Source: an uncultured delta proteobacterium
Lineage (GTDB): Bacteria; Desulfobacterota; Syntrophobacteria; Syntrophobacterales; Syntrophobacteraceae
DNA: 25,176 bases
Assembly (NCBI GenBank): GCA_963808625.1
Contig: CAWEHK010000032.1
Location: 1 to 25,176, forward strand
Reading direction: 5' to 3'
Part shown: positions 18,508-25,176 of the stretch, piece by piece
Layout: the number at the start of each line of letters is the position of its first letter
Numbering within the stretch: the first letter of the stretch is position 1
The notes under the pieces: model-generated
What the model was told of the DNA's origin: nothing
What the model saw: only the letters and a program-made list of their open reading frames with translations
Databases searched by the model: none
Program-made: the position numbers and the translations under genes

Positions 18508-20849
18508 GGCTTTGCTTCCTCCACAATTTCCATGCGGTGACTGTAGGCGTTATGAATGACAAAGCCGTCACCGTGGCGAGAGTACTCCACCCAATAAGTC
18601 ACTGCCGCCGGCTTATGATGGGCCAGGAGGTGTCCGGTCCGGCGATCCAGGAGCTTCGTGTTGGTCGTTTCCGCAAAATGAATAACGGCGAGGAGGTCCT
18701 CTTCGAGGATTAACCGTTTGTCCATAAGTTCCTGTACGTCAGGAGAAATACCCAGTTTGACCGCTTCATATCCTTCCATTTCAGCCACGGTCTCCCCCCA
18801 CAGGTCTTTCAGCATTCTGTTCTTCAGCTTCGCGCGGTTTTCGTGACGCTGCGAATAGCCCGGTCCTCTGCGCTCGGATGGGTCGCCGCCGCTTGTGCAG
18901 ATCAGATCCAGCAGGTGGAGCGTCCGCTTTCCACGAGCTGCAAAGTTGTCCCGGCACATCGCGCAATATGCCAAGTAGTCGGCTTCGCTATCGTGAATCC
19001 GGCGGTGGACGACCTTGTCTGCGACCTCGGGATTAGCGAACGCCATATGGCCGCCATAACCGCAACAAGTCGTGAGGCGGCGATTGTCTTTCAGCTCGGA
19101 CACCTGCACTCCCAGCTTGCCCAGCAGGTGGCGAACCGCGTCCTGAATGTCATTTTCGTACCTGGTGGCGCAGGGATCGTGAATGGCAACCAAGGCAGGG
19201 CTTGCCGGGGCGGTCGAGGGCGGCAACCCAACCCGGTCGAGCACCGTCCACAAAGATTCGACCGGCATGGCTGGCGCATGACCTTTGAACATCCGGTAAC
19301 AGCTTGAACAGGCGGTGATGACTTTCGGGGACCCCAAGTCCTCCCACTGCTCACGAACCAGTCCGATGGTATCTCCGAAGATTTCCTTTCGTCCGGCCCA
19401 CTCAGCGGGTGCGCCGCAGCAACCCAGGATCAGTCCAACCCCGCCCTCGATGCTTTGCTGTAAATGTTCATATATTTTGAAGACCTGTCCGGGCAAGGAT
19501 GCGCTCAGTTGACAGCCAGGAAAGAAGACGTGCCCGCTCGTCTCGCGGCCGGGCTGATGACGCGCAAGCGTAAAGGCCTCACTGGTGCTGAACGCCATGT
19601 CCCGTAGCGCAAATTCATGCACCGAAGGGGGCATCTTGCCCTTTTCCACCATGGCCTGCCGCGTTTCCAGGCAGTCTTCGCCCATGTCGAGCTTCTCCGG
19701 GCAAACCGCCCCACACAGTCCACACAGAGCGCATGAGTTCATCAGCGGGTTAGCCAGATGATTACCTAAAACGATGCAATAATTATTATAGAGCTCGCGG
19801 ATGTAGCGTCTCGGATACGATTTATAGTGCGCAAGGTACTCGCACACCTTCACGCACTCCAGGCACTCGCAATGGAGGCAGCGCTTTGCTTCCACAATCG
19901 CCTCTTCCCGGGTGTAGCCGTCCTGCGGCTGGGCCGGTGGAAGCGTGGCTTCCGGTGCGATTCCCTTGATGCTGGTGAAAAGCCTCGTTTTGAACGGTCC
20001 CTGCTGATCGCGGTTTGCCGACAGAGACGCCTTTTGCAGGAAGCGCTCGATGGACAGTACCGCATAGCGGCCGTCATGAACCGAGGTAATGGGGGAATAT
20101 GCAGCGGAACCGTAGCGCTGGCTGCCGCCGGCAAACACCTTGGGGTTGCTGGTGGCAAAGGTCAGTTCTTCAATCGCGATGCATCCGTTATCTCGAAGCG
20201 CCAGGTCCTGTCCAAAAAAGGCGGCACCGGACGGCCCCACGCCCAGATACACGGCGTTGAATTCTTCGACGACGGCGCTCAGGCTTGGTCCTGTTTGCGC
20301 GTGGCCACCGACCTGCGTGTTCAAACGCACCTCGACGAGCACATTTTCAAGCAGTGCAAGGTCTTCGTCAATCCATTGCTGCGGCAGCTCATCTTCGCCC
20401 AGTTCCCTTAGTCGTCCAGCCAGCCGTTTGCCGGCCTCAAAAAGGACAACCCCGTATCCTTTTGCGGCCAGGTCAAGGGCTGCAGTCAGTCCGCTCAAAC
20501 CGCCTCCTACAACCGCAATCCGCGCGTTCTTCTTGGACGAAAACGTGGCGCCCGCTGCCCGCTTTGTGGAATAGGCCACACATGCACGCTCCAGGGCGTT
20601 GATCTGGATATAGCCCCCTATTTCATGGCGCTTGCACTCCGGCTGGCAGGGATGGTCGCAGATCCGGCTGATGATGCGCGGAAGAGGAACGAACCGGTTA
20701 AACACGGCAAACGCAGCGGTGAAATCCTGCTTGTGAAAGCACTCGATCATGCCGCGTGCGTCGACGTGAATCGGGCATGCAGCCGTACATTTGGGCGGCT
20801 GTTCCTGAATGCACTGATTCTCGCGCTCCCTTACTCGCTGGGGGTCCAT
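18504..20849 (-). CDS. Multidomain Fe-S/FAD oxidoreductase with dicluster and two CCG-like domains (DVU_1558-like)
   Basis: GltD/DPD-type N-terminal Fe-S motifs (CIQEQPPKCTAACP, RICDHPCQPEC), FAD motif GGGLSG, CLHCECLECVKVC and CALCGLCGAVC, then FFPGC..CCG..CSSC and HDPC..CCG..CAMC. GGAG RBS. Confidence 0.87.
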   Translation of the reverse strand: MDPQRVRERENQCIQEQPPKCTAACPIHVDARGMIECFHKQDFTAAFAVFNRFVPLPRIISRICDHPCQPECKRHEIGGYIQINALERACVAYSTKRAAGATFSSKKNARIAVVGGGLSGLTAALDLAAKGYGVVLFEAGKRLAGRLRELGEDELPQQWIDEDLALLENVLVEVRLNTQVGGHAQTGPSLSAVVEEFNAVYLGVGPSGAAFFGQDLALRDNGCIAIEELTFATSNPKVFAGGSQRYGSAAYSPITSVHDGRYAVLSIERFLQKASLSANRDQQGPFKTRLFTSIKGIAPEATLPPAQPQDGYTREEAIVEAKRCLHCECLECVKVCEYLAHYKSYPRRYIRELYNNYCIVLGNHLANPLMNSCALCGLCGAVCPEKLDMGEDCLETRQAMVEKGKMPPSVHEFALRDMAFSTSEAFTLARHQPGRETSGHVFFPGCQLSASLPGQVFKIYEHLQQSIEGGVGLILGCCGAPAEWAGRKEIFGDTIGLVREQWEDLGSPKVITACSSCYRMFKGHAPAMPVESLWTVLDRVGLPPSTAPASPALVAIHDPCATRYENDIQDAVRHLLGKLGVQVSELKDNRRLTTCCGYGGHMAFANPEVADKVVHRRIHDSEADYLAYCAMCRDNFAARGKRTLHLLDLICTSGGDPSERRGPGYSQRHENRAKLKNRMLKDLWGETVAEMEGYEAVKLGISPDVQELMDKRLILEEDLLAVIHFAETTNTKLLDRRTGHLLAHHKPAAVTYWVEYSRHGDGFVIHNAYSHRMEIVEEAKP

Positions 20850-20985
20850 TGATCATCTCCAACTTCTGAAAATGGATAAAGATGTGAAAAACGGTGGCTT
20901 GCAAATCCAACCGGAGACTGGGAGCGAGTCAACAGGACTTTTCCCGTCTCCGATTCTCTGCAGTTCAATGACAATAATTGTTTAC

Positions 20986-21042
20986 AAAAAGCCAGGGAAC
21001 CAGGAGCGAGTCTACAAAATTTCGTCCGCCCCTGATCCCCGG
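20986..21042 (-). terminator. Probable intrinsic terminator after the aldehyde oxidoreductase gene
   Basis: On the minus strand CCGGGGATCAGGGGCG pairs with CGCTCCTGGTTCCCTGG (G-U pairs, one bulge), followed by CTTTTT. Confidence 0.6.
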
Positions 21043-21081
21043 TATGAGGTTATGAACACGACCGTCGTCCTAGGTCTCAGA

Positions 21082-23818
21082 CTATTTCTTCCCTTCCAGG
21101 GCCGCCTTGATCCTTTCGGGAATGGCGGGCATCCTTAGCACACGAGCGCCGACCGCGTTGTAGATGGCGTTAGAGCACGCCGGATGAACACTGGTCATCG
21201 AGACTTCACCAACGCCGGACTGACCCAGGAGACCCACCGGACGCGGTGTTTCCAGGTACAGGAGCTCGAAGTCATCGGGAACGTCGTTCGGGTATGGGAT
21301 ACCGCACTTCTGGAGGCTGGTGTGCACCTTCAGGTCGTCGAAGTCCTCGGTCAGGCCCATGCCCATGCCCTGTGCGATGCCGCCGTAGTTCTGACCGTCG
21401 ACCGTAATGCGGTTGATAATCTTACCTACGTCAATAGCCGACGTGATCCTTACGCATTTGGTTTTGTAGGTCTTGGTGTCCACTTCCAGCTCGACAATGA
21501 AAACACCGTACATGTATGTCCCGAACGGTGCTCCCTGACCGGTGGTTTCACTGCAGGCCGTGCAGCCAGGAACAGTCCACTTGCCGTCGTAACGCAGAGG
21601 GATATTTTCCGCTTTCATTTCCTCGTACGTACGGTAGGCACCGTCGGGCTTCAGCATTGCCTGCACCAGCATCCGGCAAGCCACCGTGATCGCGTTGCCG
21701 GTCATCACGTTCGAACGGCTGCCGCCGGAAGGACCGGAGTTCGGGTTGCGCGTATCGTTCATGTTCAGCTTGATCTGGTTCGTTTTGATGCCCATCGGAC
21801 GCAACGCCTCGTAGGCGAAGGTGAGCGAACCAAGATCCGAGCCCTGCCCATGATCCTGCCAGGCGTTGTGAATCATCACGTCGCCATTGGGGAGCAGTTC
21901 TGCCGCCGCCTCGGAACCGTCGGGACCATCGAGACCGGCGCCGTACACGCCCAGCGCGAGGCCGATGCCATAAGCCTTGCCCGGAACATTGTAGGCCGCC
22001 TTGCGTTTCTTTGCCTCTTCCCACTTCGGCTGAATCAGTTTGAGCAGCCCTTCCATGCAGTACACTTCCGGTTCCTGCCCGGTCGGAGTCGTATGGCCTT
22101 GACCTTCCTTGTAGCAATTCCTCAAACGCAGCTCGAGCGGATCGATACCCATTTTTTCCGCGAGCATATCCATGGCGATTTCGCCGTTGAGGAACGACTG
22201 CGGGTGAGCCATATGCGCGGAACGCCGAGCCCCAGGCGTGGTTGGTCGCAACCGTGTAACCCTTCGCGCGGATGTTCGGGACGTTGTAACCGGCGCCCAC
22301 AAACTGTGCCTGGCGTATGGTGAGGAGGTCGCCGAATTCGGAATACGGGCCGTGATCCACCCACCAGGTATATTCCAGCGCGGTAAGCTTGCCGTCTTTA
22401 TCCGCCCCCCATTTGGCTTTGATTTCGGCCGGCGAACGCTTTCCGGTGTAGGTGATGTTCTGGTACTGGTCGTAGACCAGGGAAACCGGCCTGCCGTCCA
22501 CGGCCAGGCAAGCTACGCCCAAAAGACCTTCCATGGTCGGGCTGAACTTGTAGCCAAAAGTGCCGCCGGTTGGGTTCTGAATAAGGCGCAGCTTCTCGGG
22601 TGGGACTCCGATGCCGGGGCAAATCATGGCATGGTGCAGGTGCAGGCCTATGCTTTTGGACTGGATGGTCAGCGTGCCGTCTTCTTCCATGTAGGCTAAG
22701 CCGCAGTCCGGCTCCAGGTGCAGGTGGGGCTGACGACTGTTGTAGGTTGTCACCTCGACCGTGCAGGCTGCCTTCTCCAAAAGCGGCCCGGTCTCTTCGC
22801 CCTTCACGACGCCCTGCTCGTAGTAAGCATTCGGAACGCCGGGGTGGATTTCCATGGCGTCCGGTGCCAGGGCCTCGTAACCGCTCATGTAGGCGGGCAG
22901 GACTTCCAGATCCACCTTGACCTTCTTCGCGGCGGCCCTGGCATGTTCTTCCGTATCCGCGGCTACGATAGCGATCGCATCGCCAAACTGGAACACCTTC
23001 TCTTTGCAAAGAATCGGGCGGTCCCATCCGTCGCCCTTGTTGGTCGGGAAAGTGATGAGGCCGGTAATCGCGTTCTTGCCTTTCACGTCCTTCCAGGTGA
23101 TGACCTTGACCACGCCGGGCATCTTTTCCGCTTCCGAGGTATCGATGCCTTTGATGTTGGCGTGCGACACCTCGGCCTGGGTCAGAGCCAAACGCAGAGT
23201 GCCCTCCGGCATGCGCAAGGCAAGGTCGGCGCCGAAATCCCAGGTACCGGTGACCTTTGCCACGGCCGACGGGCGCACAAAATTGCTTCCGACCATGGTG
23301 ACCGGGCTTTCCTGGGAATTGAGAATCTGTTCGGGCTTAATCTCGCCGCGCATAATCCTGGCGGCATCCATCACCGCGTTGATGAGGGGCTTGTAACCGG
23401 TGCAGCGGCACAGGTTGCGATTCCTCTGGAACCAGTCGCGAACCTCCTGCCGGGTCGGGTTATTGTTGTTGTCCAGCAGAACCTTGGCGGACATGATGAA
23501 GCCCGGTGTACAAATACCGCACTGCGCGCCGCCGTGAGCCATCCAGGCGATCTGTAACGGATGCAAATTTTCGGCGGTGCCGATGCCTTCGATCGTGGTG
23601 ATCTTTGCCCGCTCCGGGAGCTTCTGCATCTTGGTAACGCAGGCTCTGACCGGCTTGCCGTCCACTACAACCATGCAGGTGCCGCAATGGCCTTCGTTGC
23701 AGCAGACTTTACATCCCGTCAGCAGCAGGTTCTTCCTCAGCACCGTAGCCAAGGAAGTCTCGGGCTCGGCTATTAGCCAGCGATCAATTCCGTTGATGTT
23801 AAATAACATCCTCTTCAT
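21082..23818 (-). CDS. mop: Molybdopterin (MCD)-dependent aldehyde oxidoreductase, single-chain Mop type (one frameshift at ~22203)
   Basis: [2Fe-2S] motifs CKVCCNEGHCGTC and QCGICTPG..CRCTGY; AKVTG, GGTFGYK, AFRAYGSP-Q, HGQG, SGGSR, DGQNYGG and SGVGE (catalytic Glu). About 911 aa after removing one base; no FAD domain. Confidence 0.93.
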
Positions 23819-23857
23819 TTGTTTTCTCCGTTCGTCTATGAGATTCCCTTCCATCAG

Positions 23858-24884
23858 CTAGGCGCCCTTTCCAAAACCGCAATCCGGATACCTGCACCCC
23901 TCGCACTGGACACAGAGCCCACCGTGGGCCAATTTGACAAAGTCTTTCCGCGTCATTTCTTCGCCCGCCAGAATGCGTGGCAGCACCACGTCGAAAATAC
24001 TCGTCTTGTGGTACATGACACAGCCGGGAAGCCCCATCACCGGGACCTCTCCCAGATAGGCGAGCATGAACATGGCGCCCGGAAGCACCGGGCTGCCATA
24101 GGTCACCACCCGGCCTCCCGCGGCCCTGATTGCGGCAGGGGTGACATCGTCCGGGTCAACCGACATGCCCCCGGTAACCGTGACCATCTGGGCGCCGTCG
24201 CGGATGAAGCTGCGGATGGCATCGACGATCTGATCGACCTGGTCGGACACCAGGGTCTGCCCGATGACGTGACATCCCGAGTTCCTCCACCTTCTTCATA
24301 ACGACCGGGCCGAACTGGTCCTTGATCCGACCGTGGTAGACTTCACTGCCGGTCGTGACAATCCCCACCTTGAGGGATCGAAAGGGCTTTATTTCGATCA
24401 AGGGAGTGTAGCGCCGGCATATGCTTTCAACTTCCTTGATCTTCTTTTTGTCGATGACCAGAGGAATGATCCTGGTCCCGGCGACGGTTTTTCCTTTCTT
24501 ACTCGCTGATCCGTGTGAAGGGTGGAAAAGACGACTTGGTCAACGGAATTGACTGCCTCAAGTGCCTCGATCTGGATCTTTAGAAGACCGTCACGGGCTG
24601 CAATCAGATCGACTTTCCTTCTTTGGGTTCCCCAAGTGTGATTCCCTGCCCCACAGCAGCTCCCGCTATACGCCTGGCAGCCTCATTCTCATGCAAAAGA
24701 CCACTGTGGATTTCCCAGACATAGAGATGTTCTTTACCGATGTTGAGCAGCGTCGGGATGTCATCCGGCTGAACAATGTGTCCCTTTCTGAACGCCGGGC
24801 CTTTGAACTGGCCCGGTATGATCTGGGTCACATCGTGACAGAGAACCATTCCCAATGCCTCCTGCACCGGGACTGTCTTATCAT
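23858..24884 (-). CDS. MoeA-like molybdopterin-binding protein with C-terminal 4-Cys motif (frameshifted in this sequence)
   Basis: Joined frames give LCHDVTQIIPG..KGPAFRKGH, LHENEAA, VTTGSEVYHG, TGGMSVDPDDVTP, YGSPVLPGAM and CVQCEGCRYPDC. AGGAAGG precedes ATG 24884. About four frame changes. Confidence 0.85.
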
Positions 24885-24945
24885 GATGGTTCCTTCCTGG
24901 TTAAATGCGGCCAGGACGTTTTCCGCAAACAGTGCACGCTATCGT

Positions 24946-24965
24946 TTATGCCGTAAATGACATAA
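24946..24965. promoter_or_regulatory. Palindromic candidate operator TTATGCCG-TAAA-TGACATAA
   Basis: Same core and spacing as the sites at 8825 and 25088; ~60 bp upstream of the mop operon start. Confidence 0.65.
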
Positions 24966-25087
24966 TAAGCGACAAAAAAAATGGCCCGAAAACAGCACGC
25001 GGGACCCAAATATCGGGCGTCTCCGCATGGGGGTCCTGCCTTTCGAGGCAGCAACCAGTCGCACTGTGGATAGAAATGGGCAAGGTA

Positions 25088-25107
25088 TTATGCCACATGT
25101 GACATAA
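25088..25107. promoter_or_regulatory. Palindromic candidate operator TTATGCCA-CATG-TGACATAA overlapping an extended -10-like TG-G-CATAAT on the minus strand
   Basis: 7 of 8 arm positions are complementary; second copy of a ~47-bp direct repeat. Confidence 0.65.
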
Positions 25108-25176
25108 ATAGCGACAAAAAAATAGACCCCCGAAAAATGAGACTTTGAGAAGGATTGGGGGTAGGACCGGCCGGTT

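Larger units (their letters stand above)
24946..25137. repeat. Imperfect ~47-bp direct repeat, two copies 142 bp apart
   Basis: TTATGCCGTAAATGACATAATAAGCGACAAAAAAAATGGCCCGAAAA (24946-24992) versus TTATGCCACATGTGACATAAATAGCGACAAAAAAATAGACCCCCGAAAAA (25088-25137). Confidence 0.75.

Noticed and set aside
21082..22302. Separate second subunit of the aldehyde oxidoreductase
   Set aside because: The break falls inside the conserved AFRAYGSPQ motif at a short homopolymer run; removing one base gives a single ~911-aa Mop.
24946..25137. CRISPR array or transposon end
   Set aside because: Only two imperfect copies with a ~95-bp spacer, and no cas or transposase gene in the window.

Overview
A molybdenum/tungsten-enzyme island, probably from an anaerobic Desulfobacterota (deltaproteobacterial) genome; the taxonomy is inferred from protein resemblance only. 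Two gene blocks converge on ~8.8 kb. The plus-strand block encodes an FmdE/MoeA-like fusion, a short ModE-family regulator, fdhD, a Tat-exported selenocysteine formate dehydrogenase (fdhA with UGA at 4521 and a SECIS-like hairpin), fdhB and fdhE. The minus-strand block encodes a MoeA-like protein and a Mop-type aldehyde oxidoreductase, then a tightly coupled eight-gene module: FAD/Fe-S/CCG oxidoreductase, CxxC-CxxC small protein, SAM methyltransferase, C-GCAxxG-C-C protein, a radical SAM enzyme with Tes/GDGT-MAS-like motifs, a PaaK-like ligase, XdhC, and an NTP-transferase/HD/His-phosphatase fusion. After it come a sigma-54 promoter, a 61-aa ORF and modB-modA-modC. The eight-gene module resembles the Desulfovibrio vulgaris DVU_1551-1558 neighbourhood as I recall it; I know of no established function for it, and it is the most interesting system here. 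A TATGYCR-N4-TGACATA palindrome occurs three times and is a candidate operator. Many single-base frameshifts in 567-8000 and 22200-24900 look like sequencing or assembly errors.
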